This document shows positions 41,705 to 58,802 of a stretch of DNA of 64,000 nt, in pieces. The first letter of the stretch is position 1; the number at the start of each line of letters is the position of its first letter. The position numbers and the translations under genes are program-made. The DNA is from the human T2T-CHM13v2.0 reference genome, Homo sapiens, in NCBI RefSeq assembly GCF_009914755.1, contig NC_060947.1; one strand, 5' to 3'. The notes under the pieces are model-generated. The model ran no database searches and had not been told where the DNA came from. It was given only the letters and a program-made list of their open reading frames with translations.

Positions 41705-42416
41705 GAATAGAAAAATATTTCTGTGTCCTTATGTCTCTGTTAAAGGTCGGAGAACAAAAGGAACAACAAAAGAGCCGGATGTTTCCCTTCTTACATATTT
41801 TATACGTAATGTCAACTTCAGCCATGAATATTACTCACCTGGCCCCTGTGGGCCATTGAGTTTTCACTCATTGCATTGAGAAGAACCACGTGCCTGCTTC
41901 AGAAGAGACCTCACTTGCACATTATTAGGAAGAATTTGCAAAATACAAACCCTGATATGTCCTGCCATCTCAATCTTTATATACTATGGTGGGATCAGGG
42001 ATTTGGCAGGGGGTTATGATCAATTGCAGCAATGCAAGGCAGCTCTGCTGTCTTCTATGAAAGAGCAAGTGGCAAGAGGAGCACTCTCCATCTCTAAATA
42101 GTCATAAAACCTTTGTGGCAGAGACCAACTGTGGCTGCCTGCACAGTCCCCACTCTCCTGATCATCAAACTGAATAAAAGCAAGATTCCAATGGAACCAC
42201 AAATAATATGCATCTGTCCTCTGTCCTCCCAAGCATGAAGGCATTTCCAGCTTCAGCCTAGAATATATAGAGCTGGAGAGAGCATTATTACCATTCCCAT
42301 AACACATCTTTTTTAAAAAGCCGGATCATCTACAAAATCATTAATCTCCTTGAACTCATCAGAGAGTTAAGATTGCAGGGCAACCAAGGAAACTGAATGT
42401 AAAGACAGATAGGTAC

Positions 42417-42917
42417 TAAGGAGAGCAAAGATCATCTGGTGGCTATGAAGCAGGCCATCCTGAGGCAAAACTCCTTATCCGAGGAATTCAGAAGTAATTA
42501 CACTTCCCTATTATCTAAAGCTGGCATCAGTTCCACTCTTCTTTCCCAAAAATGTATAAGTAACTAAAATTTCTATACATCTCTGGAATGCATGCATGTC
42601 AAGTCTCATTGTGCAACCCTTGCTGACATCAAGGCACCTAAATGTCCACAAATTTAATCATTTATCGTGACCTACGTGGCTAATGTGGTCCAAATTACCC
42701 TGCAGCTCCTGCTTTAAAGTCCATAAATACACTAAGGAAAAGTCCACCAGGTGCACTCATTCCTCTCTTACTGAAGTGCCCTGCTGCACTCTGCTGCAGT
42801 GTTCTTTCTACCTAATAAAACTTTCCTTTTCAAGCCTATACTGTTGTTAGTAAATTCTTCTTACTACCCGCGAGCCAATCACTTTCCGTTGCCGGGTCTC
42901 GGACACCTTGCCCAGCA
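42417..42917 (+). mobile_element. ERV1-class solo LTR (MER84-like, tentative)
   Basis: ~500 bp, ends in CA, TATA-like ccataaata at 42721, aataaa near 42814, flanks ggtac/ggtgc as TSD. Confidence 0.75.
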
Positions 42918-42972
42918 GGTGCCTCCAATGAGAGATGACATATAAGCACTGGCTCAAGTATTAGAGAGCATG

Positions 42973-43331
<359 letters not shown>

Positions 43332-46300
43332 CTAGTTTTTTAATGAATTCCTAAAAGTCAAGAGGAGGCTAGCATAGAAGTTGGGAATCTCTGGGATCAT
43401 GGACATAGGGATTTGCACCACTCACAGACTCTTTCTATGGGCACCCACTGTGTGCTCATGAGAAAAATGGGAGAGAGCAGGGGATAGGAGAAAGCCTCCC
43501 TTGGCTGTGCAAGCTTGGCAGAGGGGAACAGTCACCACTGGGGGAAAAGCATGAGCCCCTCTCACATCCTCCTTCACTAAGGAACAAAAATTTTAAGTTA
43601 CTGGGAGAACACTGGCAAACCGGTCACTTGAGGGCAGTGGGGAGGAGGGAAAAGACAAAGGTCCTCTATCATCGAGGGAGGCACAGAAAGCCCTCTGGAC
43701 TGAGAACATCTGAGGTTTCCTGTGGCTCAGAGAAGGGCAGGGTCGCTGAAAGTGCACGGCTCCCCCTCCAGAGAAACTGGGACACATGGCCCATTGGACC
43801 TGTAAAACAGAAAAAAACTCATACTCATACCACCAGAATAGCAAGCACCATACCATGTAAGAGGCAACCACCATCTGCCACTGGGCAGAGGGGCACAAAA
43901 ACAATGAGAGAGGCCCTCTCGGAGGTGCAGACACATAAGAAAAGTCTGAGGCTGAGAGTGGAGCAGGAACATTGAGAAACAACCTCCAGCAAACTTGCCC
44001 CAACCCTGAGCAAAGGATAATGCTAGAGGAATTTGAAGCCTTTGATCCACTGAATTTACACCATAGCAACAACTACAAACAAGCAACCCCCAAAAATTTA
44101 GTGATTCTCCTGACTACATCAATTCAACCCATACGCTAATGGCCCAGCATTAGAGGAAGTGTGGCATTTCCGGGCATAAATGTTATTTATTTCAGCTCCT
44201 ATTTCTCTACACATGACGTCCAATGTTCAATAAAAAATTATGAGGTACACCAAAAAGCAAGAAAATACCAACCCACAATCAAGAGAAAAAGCAATCAACA
44301 TAACCAGACTGAGAGATAACCATGTGTTGGAGTGTTGGAGCCATCAGACAGGAAATAACTATGAATAGGAACCAGTGAAATATGAGAAAAACAAGCATGA
44401 AGAGATGCAGAATTTTGGCAGGGATACGCCAAAAACCCTTAGAAAGAGTCATCTGGAAAAGCTAAAAAAAAATTATTTTTAAAACATGGCGACAAAAAGA
44501 ACACCTTCAACTATATCAATTAGCATGCTCAGCACAGCCAAGGCAAGAATTAGTGAAATGAAAAACAGGTCAATAGAAAGTACCCAATCTGCACATATTA
44601 AGACAAAGAGAAGTGGAAGAAAAAAGCAGAACAGAACAGAACCAAGGATGGAAGAGTTGCAGGAAAACATCAAATAATCAAATAAGGAATCCTAGAACAA
44701 GAAGAGAGGCAAAACATAGAAAAGTAACTATTCGAAGAGATAGAGCCTGACAATTTTCAAAAAGTAGAGAAAAATTTAAAAACCACAGTTCCAATATGTT
44801 CAGAGACCCCCTAAGCATGTTAACGACACACACGTGCACACACTGCACATGCACCTAAAAACAATGTAGTCAACTTGGAAAAAACCAAAGACAAATGGAA
44901 AATTTTAAAGGCAACCAGAGTGAAATTTGAAACATGTATTATGTCATTACACAAAGGAATAAAGATAAAAATTATAGCAGACTTCTCATCAGAAACTATG
45001 CAAACAAGAAGATAGTGGAGTGACATCCTTAAAAAATGCTAAAATGAAAAAAAGGAAAATTGCCAACCCACATTATATACCCTGAGAAAACATATTTCAA
45101 AATGAGAGAGAAGTAAAAATCATCAGATGTCAAAAATCAAGAAAGTTCATTAGCAGACAACCTACACTACAAGAAACACAAAAGGAAGTTCTTCAGATAA
45201 AAAGAAAATAAACAAAATAATGAAGATTTCCAGAATGGACATATTAAGATAAACATAAATGATTTTTTCTTATTTTTAATTGATCTAAAAGACAATTGAT
45301 TTCTAAATCAAAAATATATACAATGTATTATATGTTTGTGTTACATATAAAGGTAAAATATATTCCCAAAATAGCATAAAAGATGAGAAGAAGGAAGGTA
45401 GTATACTGTTGCAAGGTCTTTATGCCACTGGAGGTGGTATAACATTATTTGTAGGTGGACTGTAATGAATTAAAGAGTTGTGTTGTAAACCATCAGACAA
45501 CCAGTAAAATGTTAGGAAGAATCAATAAGGCAATAGCAGAGATAAAATTCAATCATAAAAATAATGAATCAAAGCCAATAAGATAATAGATACACCATGA
45601 ATTAAGGAGAAACTGGGGCTTCCTAAATGCCTAATACTGTTTCTTAAAAATTTAAGCACGTAGAAACTCAGGACCCAGGCTAGGCTGTAAGTATCTTACT
45701 AGCAAGTCACCAATAAAATCTAAAACTAACCACCTGTCTTTTAAAAATTAAGTTTAAACTATTAGAACAAACACTAATTACACAGACGTGCTTGAAGATT
45801 TGAAAGAATAATCCGTGATACAAAGTAACTTCTATTTAAAGAACAAACCATCTAATCAATGGGCTCACATTATCTCTCTAGCAGCTTAAGCTAATGATTG
45901 CAATTCAGTTTCACACTGACTCACTCATTCCTGACCCAAATTTTAAATACCTCTTTCTCTTTGACCTTTAATTGCTGACAGAAAACATTGAAAACTTCTC
46001 TAAAAAGCTTAGTGAAAGTAATTTCATTTCATTTGATTTTAGTCCCCGAACAGAAGTCAAACGGATCAACACAAAAACACATGATCAGTCTGGTTCATCA
46101 GCATGACCTGAATGTTCCCAAAGAGATCAAATCAGTCCTCCCAGTCTTCCAAAATTAAGCCTTAAGGAAACCTGCAGTAACGCAGTCCCCATGATAAAAA
46201 TAAAGTTTTAAATTATTACAATTTGTCTGTAGGTTTAAAAACCAAGATTTAGTCATAGTTCCACTCCTTATAAAAAGAATGTGCCGTTACTATCTCTGTC

Positions 46301-47935
46301 CACCTCCTGGTTCCCGTGATGGTCTGTGTCACTAGTTACTCCATGTAACTCACTCATGTTTGGGATCAGAAGACTTCTTGGCCTCAAGAGATATTTATGG
46401 CTCTTTCTATGTGATTCTGCTTTTAGGATTAGTTCTATAAATCTAAATTGTATCTCATAAAATGATTTTTGTTACAGTCATGATAGATTGAAGCAACCAA
46501 GGAACAGATCACAATAAAGTTAGTGGAAGAACAACAACGAAAAATTATTTAATTTCCAAAGTATATTTCAATTAGGACACAGCTATAAAAATGCCAGCTT
46601 CAAATATTCTTTTGGTGCTTAGATTTTTATTTTCCAGCAGGCCCGTTCTGAAACTCAGCATGCCACAGAAATAATATTCCATTTGGAGGCTTCTGAATTT
46701 TCAGTTAACCTATCTGCAAATATTTATGTTATGACCGTGTTGCTGCAAACATTCTAGGTGGAGAAGACTTTGTGAAGGGGATAAGGTGTGGAATACACCC
46801 CACACTGCATTTCCTTCCTGCTTTAATCACTGAACATTTAGGCTGAGCTATGTATGAAACTACCAATACTGGACTTGCTTTGACCTACAACAATGGCAGT
46901 TTCTTAAGATTCCATCTAATAACTTTATGACTTGGGCAAGTAGCGTATCATCCTTCCTCTTGTTTCCTCGCCTCTAAAGCTAAATTCTTGACTTTTGGGA
47001 TCACTTCTGAGATTTCTTCAGGTCATAAAAATATCTGTAACATGATTCTGAAAAAAACCCACAGAAGGTAAAGACATCGACCTGAGAAGTTTACAGTTTA
47101 GAGAATTAAAGGAGGTACAAGTGAAAATCCTAAATACCACAGGTCTTGTCAGAGAGTAAAGTCTCCTAAAGTGACTTTTAAAAGATTTCTTACTGAATTT
47201 ATGATCAGAATTTTTGGTCAGAAACAGATGAGGACATCTTGGAATGTATCTCATTCTGATAATGTGATTTCTGTTAAGATAAATGAAGCCACTTCACAAT
47301 CATCTTTATTTTGCTTATCTACTTTGAGTGAGAAGTATCCAGGATCACTTTTCAAAGCCAGACTGTCTGGCTACCATGTGCCAGTGTAAAAAGTTGAGAT
47401 TGTCAGTGACACTTACGTAACCAAGAGTTATATACTTTAGCTATAAATCTCCTGTTTTCTTAATAACCCCAAACCACAAAATATGCTTTTCCCAGACCTG
47501 CCTAAACAATCTATTTTCTTGATAATTCTAAAACTGCAGAACATACGTGCCCAGGACTTGTTTACCCTTATGCCACTTTTTCCAAAAACAGGTAATAGTT
47601 TGTCTTAGCAGAACAGCGGTGTCACCTCATCCCATTCCCATTTCTCATTTTCCTTTTATTGTGAGCCACCTGTGTTTATAGCATCCCTAGCATCTTGTAG
47701 ATTCTTGCAGCAAGTTTCTGAGATCGCTGAGAGGAGGCCAGCCATTTCTACCTACCAACCGTGTAGCTGCTAGAAACAGATTCACTAGATTGAGTTTCCT
47801 CACTAAGATGAAAAAGAGGATAAGCGATCTGCATATGAGCTCACTTTCAAGGGGGAGGAGCTAAGGAATGTAATTTCATTGATGCTTCACAAAAGAACGA
47901 GGCTCACAGGTGAGCGCTAATTAAATATTCATTAC

Positions 47936-47963
47936 TTTTTCTTTCTTTCTTTTTAGCATTTTC

Positions 47964-48003
<40 letters not shown>

Positions 48004-48321
48004 TTCTTCCTTTCTTTCTTTCTCCCTTTCTTTTCTTTTCTTTTCTTTTTAGGGTGTCTCCCTCTGTTGCCCAGGCTGGAGTGCAGTGGTGCGATCTCAC
48101 TGCAGCCTTGACCTCCCAGGCTCAAGTGACCCTCCCACCTCAACCTCCTAAGTAGCTGGCACTACAGGTGTGCGCCGCCATGCCAGGCAAATTTTTATAT
48201 TTTTAGCAGAGGCGGGGTTTCACCATGTTGCCCAGGCTGGTCTCGAAATCCCGGACTCAAGTGATCCACCCTCAGCTTCCCAAAGTGCTGGAATTACAGG
48301 CATGAGCCACCACACCCGGCC
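47936..48321 (-). mobile_element. AluJ-like element with expanded (CTTT)n tail (47936-48050)
   Basis: cactgcagccttgacctcccaggctcaag is AluJ-like; pyrimidine repeat tail. Confidence 0.94.
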
Positions 48322-49284
48322 TGGAATTTTCAATGTTTAGAAAAGTATATTAGTGATTAACAGCTAAAACACATTTGTTTAAGCGACCTGATTCCAGTAA
48401 TAAGTAATTTCACCCAATTCAAGAAATAGATCATTTTCTATATGACCTAGGACATGAAAAATCTGGGAGCATACTGAACTATTCTGAGGGTGGCAAGTTA
48501 CATTGACTGAGAGGTAACTTACTTTAAAAATACTTCAGTATAAAACAGCATAACATATGTGTGCAAAGTGTCCCTTAATCCACACACTAAAGGTGGCCAC
48601 TTAGCATATTCAGGAACTCACACTTCAAAGGTAGCTTTGGGGCATTTCAAATATGGTTATTGAAATGGACACCAGAAGGCATATTAATTAAAGACATGAG
48701 TGGTGTTTGATACGTGCAGTTGCATACACAAAGTATGAGAATCAGCCAACTGGGCAGGTAAATTTCCCCAGAGTGGCTCAGGATGGGCACCTCGTGACAA
48801 TTCCATCACCCCACGTTAACGAGAACCCTGTAGTGGTCTGTCTTCAGAGTATCATTGTGTAAAAACCATATGCGATTACAATACAAAGAGCAGACACATA
48901 AACATTTAGAAAAGTAACAAGCATTAAAAAGATTACTTTATTAGCTGACACCAGGCAGTAGAACAGAAAAGAGGAAGGAAAAGGAATGCTGTTTTTTCAT
49001 TACTTAGAGTAGAAAAACGGTAGATTATATATTTAAAAACTAGAGATTAAGTATATTCTATCAAGAGAACCATTAAAACAAAAATACATCACTTCTAAGA
49101 TATCAGAACTACACCCTGGAAGCAAAGCACACAGACCACATACTGAAAGACTTAAGAAAAAAAAAAACTATTGAAACAGAAAATATAAAATAATTCAAGA
49201 GAACAGAAAACAATACTGATTAATAAGTATAAAAGGGGTCACCACTTACTAAACACACACTTAAAACCAAACTCTCTACAATGC

Positions 49285-49830
49285 ACAGTTTCAGTAACCT
49301 GCAATTGCTATAAAACTATAGCCTTATGCTTGGTGGCTTAACAAAATAATTCATTATTATTTCTCACAGCCCTGTCAGAAGACCAGGTTCTTCTGGGAAC
49401 TTCGTGGGGTCTGTCCTCGTGAGGTTGTAGTCAAATGGTGGCTGGAGCTGGGGTCATCTGAAGGCTCAGCTGGGCTGAACCTGCAGGGTAGTTTCTTCCC
49501 TGTCTGGTGTCTCAGCCAAGAAGGCTGGAATACCTAGGGGTTGGTCAGGCATCCCTCCCTCTCCAAGCAGCTTGCTTAGCTTGGGATTCCACACAACATG
49601 GCGGTCTCAGAATAGTCCATCTTCTTAAGTGGCAGTTGGCTTCCTGCAAGTGTGTTCAAAGGGATCCAGGCGAAAGCTGCAGACCTCTTAGGACATCACT
49701 TTGGAGGTCTTGTGGCATCACTTCCACCTATATCCTATTGGACTAAAGCAAGTCCAGGGCCAGCCCAAGATCAAAGGGAAGGGTCGACACAAGGAGGGTA
49801 TTTTAGGGGGGATGGTTCATTGACAGGCTG
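49285..49830 (-). mobile_element. Old MLT1 LTR
   Basis: gtggcttaacaaaataattcattattatttctcacag...ggggtcatctgaaggctc...atcacttccacctatatcctattgg. Confidence 0.75.
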
Positions 49831-49879
49831 GACCGTGTTTCATGGGGGATCTGCTAGTGATGCTAGTGACAATGACACA

Positions 49880-53608
<3,729 letters not shown>

Positions 53609-54456
53609 TAAAATCTAAATACACAGCTTTCTGACGAGCTCAACCTTCTAACCATTCTGTGAAAGGCTCAGATGGGAAAGGTACCACCTCTGTTGCCCTT
53701 TGCTCTCTCTCTTTTTGTGGACTTATCATGGCTCTAATGAGATTATCTACTTAATGATTGTGTTTTCAGTCCTCCATTTTACCCTTTAGAAGGGCTTCAG
53801 GAAATACCCAAATTAATTCTGCTCTATTAATCTCTGCTTCCCCAATTTCCTTCCTCCAAACAACTTCCTATTTTGTTTCTATCTCCACTCACTGCACACC
53901 TTTGGAAATAAAAACTGCTGAGTAATTTAAATTATCTGCCTCTTGTTCTGCCATTGGGGCCTTTTATTTCAAGGGACTATCCCCGTCATGGGGTAGAGAA
54001 GAGCCTCTTCCATTATAACCCATTATTTGCTATAAATGTACATTTGCCCTTTCTCTTCCATAGCTAATCTTCCCCATCTACCTATGGGCAGATATCCCTT
54101 CCCTATGGGGACATAGACATTGCATGGAATCGTGGGTCAATGCTGGGGTTGACCACCACACCCCGTCCGAAAGTGCAGGCACACCTCTGGGACCTCTCAG
54201 GGCCCTCTCCTAGAAGCCTCATTGATGTTGCAGTGGGGCAGAAATTGATCCACCCCCCTCCCCCAGACTGTCCTGGATTTTATCAGATGCTTGCCTAACT
54301 AGGTGTTCCATTCATACAGCTGCAACAACCGGCCCACTGGGCCTTGGCTTCAGATAGTCATTGTTTTCAAGGTTGCATAGTTTGCCTAGAGCCCCTGGAA
54401 TTGAGCTAAAACCTCACAAGTTGTGATCCTTTCTAACCTTAAAGACACCATCCACT

Positions 54457-54954
<498 letters not shown>

Positions 54955-55243
54955 CTACTGACCAAATAAGCATGCTAAGAGCTGCTCCTGTTTGTGTCTT
55001 AGGGGAAGTGGAGGAAAGACCATTAACTTAGCCATTTTTCCCTTAATCCCTTTTACAGTGTGAATTGCCACAGAGTTCCAAATTATACCTAATGTCTTAT
55101 AATCAATTATGAGTTCCATGAAATATTTCATCTCTGTTTTTTAGTGCCTGAATAGTGTGAGCCAAAATTGTTTTAACTCCCCATAAATTTTCTTTTAATG
55201 AGTGTATCATCCATATAAGGGATTACATAAATGTCTAAGGGAG

Positions 55244-55442
55244 TGTATTAGTCCGTTCTCACAATGCTGTGAAGAAATAGCCGAAACTGGGTAATTTCTG
55301 AAGGAAAGAGGTTTAATTGATTCACAGTTCCTCATTGCTGGGGGGCCTCAGGAAACTTACAATCATGACAGAAGGCAAAGGAGAAGTAGGCACCTTCTTC
55401 ACAGGGCGGCAGGACAGTGAGTGCAAGCAGGGGACATGCCAG
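55244..55442 (-). mobile_element. Partial THE1D-like LTR
   Basis: tgtattagtccgttctcac...gaaggcaaaggagaagtaggcaccttc. Confidence 0.88.
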
Positions 55443-55498
55443 TTACCATATCAGGGAGACCTTAATAGTGCCTACATCTTGTCCATCTGAGACGTGTG

Positions 55499-55859
55499 TG
55501 ATATGGCTTAGCTCTGTTTCTCCACCCACGTCTCACTTTGAGTTGTAATCGTAATCCCCATATGTCAAGGCTGGGACAAAGTGGAGGTAATTGACTCATG
55601 GGAGCAGTTTCTTCAATGCTGTTCTCATGATAGTGAATGAGTCTCACGAGACCTGATTGTTTTATAAGCGTCTGGCATTTCCCCTGCTGGCACTCATTCT
55701 CTCTACTGCCACCCTGTGAAGAGGTGCCTTCTGCCACGATTGTAAGTTTCCTGAGGCCTCCCCAGCCATGCAGAACTGTGAGTCAATTAAACCTCTTCCC
55801 TGTATAAATAACCCAGTCTCGGGTATCTCTTCATAGCAGTGTGAGAACAGACTTATACA
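55499..55859 (+). mobile_element. THE1C-like solo LTR
   Basis: tgatatgg...ttataca with TSD gtgtg/atgtg. Confidence 0.93.
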
Positions 55860-56126
55860 ATGTGCAATCACTATCTCTTGATGTAACCCTGTACCAGGTG
55901 TACAAAGATATATTTTGCCTCTTGTGAAGTGAAAGCAACTTGTCTCTGAGATGTCTTATAGATTAGAATGTGTGATGTGGACAATGTCAAAGAGCTCTGC
56001 GTTTCTATTGTCTTATTTAATAACAGATTACCTATTATAAATTTCTGTGGCCTTCTAACTTTTCCAAGCACGAATTGTATGATTGCAGAGTCTTATAAGT
56101 TTGAAAATCATCACACTCTGAGTAGT

Positions 56127-56537
56127 TGATAAAGTTTGGATATTTGTCCCGTCCAAACTCATGTTGAAATGTGATCCCCAGTGTTGGAGGTGGGGCCTGG
56201 TAGGAGGTGTTTGAGTCATGGGGTGAATCCCTCATGAACGGCTTGGTGCCCTTCCTGCAGTAATGAGTGAGTTATCACTCTGTTAGTCACCTGGAGATCT
56301 GATTGTTAAAAAGAGCCTGTCACTTGCCCACCTTTCTCCCTCTATCACCATGTGACACACCTGCTCCCCCCTCACCTTCCACCATGAGTAGAAGCTTCCC
56401 GAGGCCTCACCAGAAGCGGATGATGGCACCATGCTTCTTGTACAGTCTGCAGAACCGTGAGCCAAATACACCTATTTTCTTTGTAAATGACCCAGTCTCA
56501 GGTATTTCTTTATAGCCATGTAAAATGGACTAATACA
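56127..56537 (+). mobile_element. MST (MSTA/B-like) solo LTR
   Basis: tgataaagtttgg...ggactaataca with TSD gtagt/gtagc. Confidence 0.92.
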
Positions 56538-58009
56538 GTAGCCAAGACAAGACAACCTGTGTACCTGGGTAGCTGCTGAGCCTCTAGAGGAGACGCAGAT
56601 GCTATTCTAGTTATATATCTTGTCCCACATCGTTTCATAAAACCAAGCTGTTGACTATTGATACACTCAACAACTTGGATAGCTCTCAAGGGAGAGGCAT
56701 CTAAGCGAATCATGCTGAGTGAGGGTGGAGAGACAATCTCAAAAGGTTATATATGGCATGACTCCATTTACATTACATTCTGGAAATGACAGTTATAGGG
56801 ATGGAGAACAGATTAACAGGTGTCAGGGGTTAGGGATAATGGGGAAAGTTCCATGACGGCTGTTAGTGGAGAAAATAAAGGCAATAGAGAACATAAGGCA
56901 ATTTCATGTTATTCTCAGCAAATCAAGACTCCTCAGTCCAGCTTGGGGCCCTTCCTTACCTGCTGCATAGAGAGTTATCAATGCACAGACATACTCATTG
57001 TTCCTGCTCAGAGAGAAAACCCAGAGCAAAAGGGTAAGATTACCAGGAAACTTTTCTACTAAATGAGAAGAAAAATGTTCCTAATGCTCAGAGCTGCCTA
57101 ACAGAGTGCCCTGATGACCCTTGAAAGGCAGGAATATTGGGAGGGGGGACACTGAGCCAAGGCTGGAGAGCCAAAAGTGACTGTCCATTGATCACCATGC
57201 TTCCATCGGGTGGGAGACCAGGCAGAAACCCTCTGAAGTCCTTTCCAATGCAAAGTCTCTGAATTCCACATTCCTCCTCTCTAAACAAAATACTTCAAAG
57301 CCTTCTGCCTGCTCTTGGTTAACCTTGCCAACAAAAGCATACAATGATGTGAGCAGATCCATAAATTCTCCACTCTTAGATTTGTAATGCCATACCATTT
57401 TCTTGGTGTGGAATACTTGGATTCATGCCTGCTTTTCCTTTTCAATACCATCTCCCTTACTGAATGCAATTCAGTCTTCCTTACTGAAGGCAGAGGAGAG
57501 GTCTGAACATCTTGAGGAGGAACCATCCTCTGCCTCAGACAATGCACAGAGGCACGTCCACAAGTTGTAACTCCCTCTCCAAGCATCACTGGGAGCTGGG
57601 CAGCAGTTTGTTAGGGCCAGTAGGAAGAAACAAGTTGATGCATTTGCTTTTCTTCTGTGACCTTCTTGGTTTCCTTTAAAAGTTCATGGCAGATCATGAA
57701 AGCTTCTCTCTTCCCTCTTATCCTCCCTTCACCCATTTTTTAATGTGGCACAAATAAGAGTTCAATAGTTTTGCCTTTGCTTTTATACAGTTAATTTAGA
57801 ATAAAAAAATGAGCCTGTTCCTGCCTTCCAGCAACATAAGCCAGGAAAAAAACACATGATGAGTCTCTCCCTACAAATCACCGGGAGGCCTCCCACTTCC
57901 AGACTCTCATTACAGTTTTATTGGGTTTTTGTTTGTTAATTTTTATTTTATGACAGAGACTGGTTTCCTGAAGAAATGCTATATCTGTATTTTGGGCATT
58001 TAAAATTTT

Positions 58010-58320
58010 TCTGACAGCTTTATTGAGGTATAATCGATATACAAAAAAAACTGTACATATTTCATGTATACAATTTGGTGAGTTTGGACATATACATACA
58101 CCTGTGAAACCATCACCACAATCAAGGTGGCAGACATGTCCATCACCTCCAAAATTTTCCTGTCCCTTTATTCTGAGGTAGTAACACTTAGCATGACAGC
58201 TACCCTTTAAGCAAATATTTAAGTGCATAATACAGTATTGTTAATGATAGTCACTATGTTGGAAAGCAGATCACTAGAACTTACTCATTTTGCATAGCTT
58301 AAACTTTACATCCACTGAAT
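58010..58320 (-). mobile_element. L1MB-type 3' end
   Basis: cagctttattgaggtataat...gtgaaaccatcaccacaatcaag. Confidence 0.85.
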
Positions 58321-58564
58321 GCAAAGTTCTGTAAGCATCTCCTTGAGGTTCTTAGACCTTAATGCTACTTACATAATTGAAATTGTATATGTTGACCCTT
58401 GTCTACATTTAGCCAATCTAGCCTGTCTTCTATGCATATTTGAAACCACTTCTCACCCTGCCAATTTAGCTCGTAGCTTATTGACGTGATAATTCACCTC
58501 TATCCCTCTCTGCACCTACTTCTTCTATGCCTTCCTTTTCCCTGGAAGCTTGCATCCCAAGCTA

Positions 58565-58802
58565 TGTGTCTATCAGGGACCCCCAGACTTGGCACTAGTG
58601 ACATTTGGAGCCAGGTGGCTCTTTGTTCTGGGGGCTGTGCTGTGCACTGTAGGAGGTTTAGCAGTGACCCTGGCCTCAACTCACTAGATGCCAATACCAC
58701 CACCCCCAGCTGTGACAACTAAATAAGTCCCCTGATATTGTCAAATGTGCCCTAAGGAGAGGAGAAAAATCAAACTCCCCTCCCACCCTCATTGAAACCA
58801 CT
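58565..58802. mobile_element. MER20
   Basis: ttggcactagtgacatttggagccagg...gctgtgctgtgcactgtaggaggtttagcag...ttgaaaccac. Confidence 0.85.

Noticed and set aside
43593-44086. Overlapping 115-159 aa ORFs in a GC-richer stretch
   Set aside because: Lies in the 5' region of an old L1M element; no protein similarity recognised.
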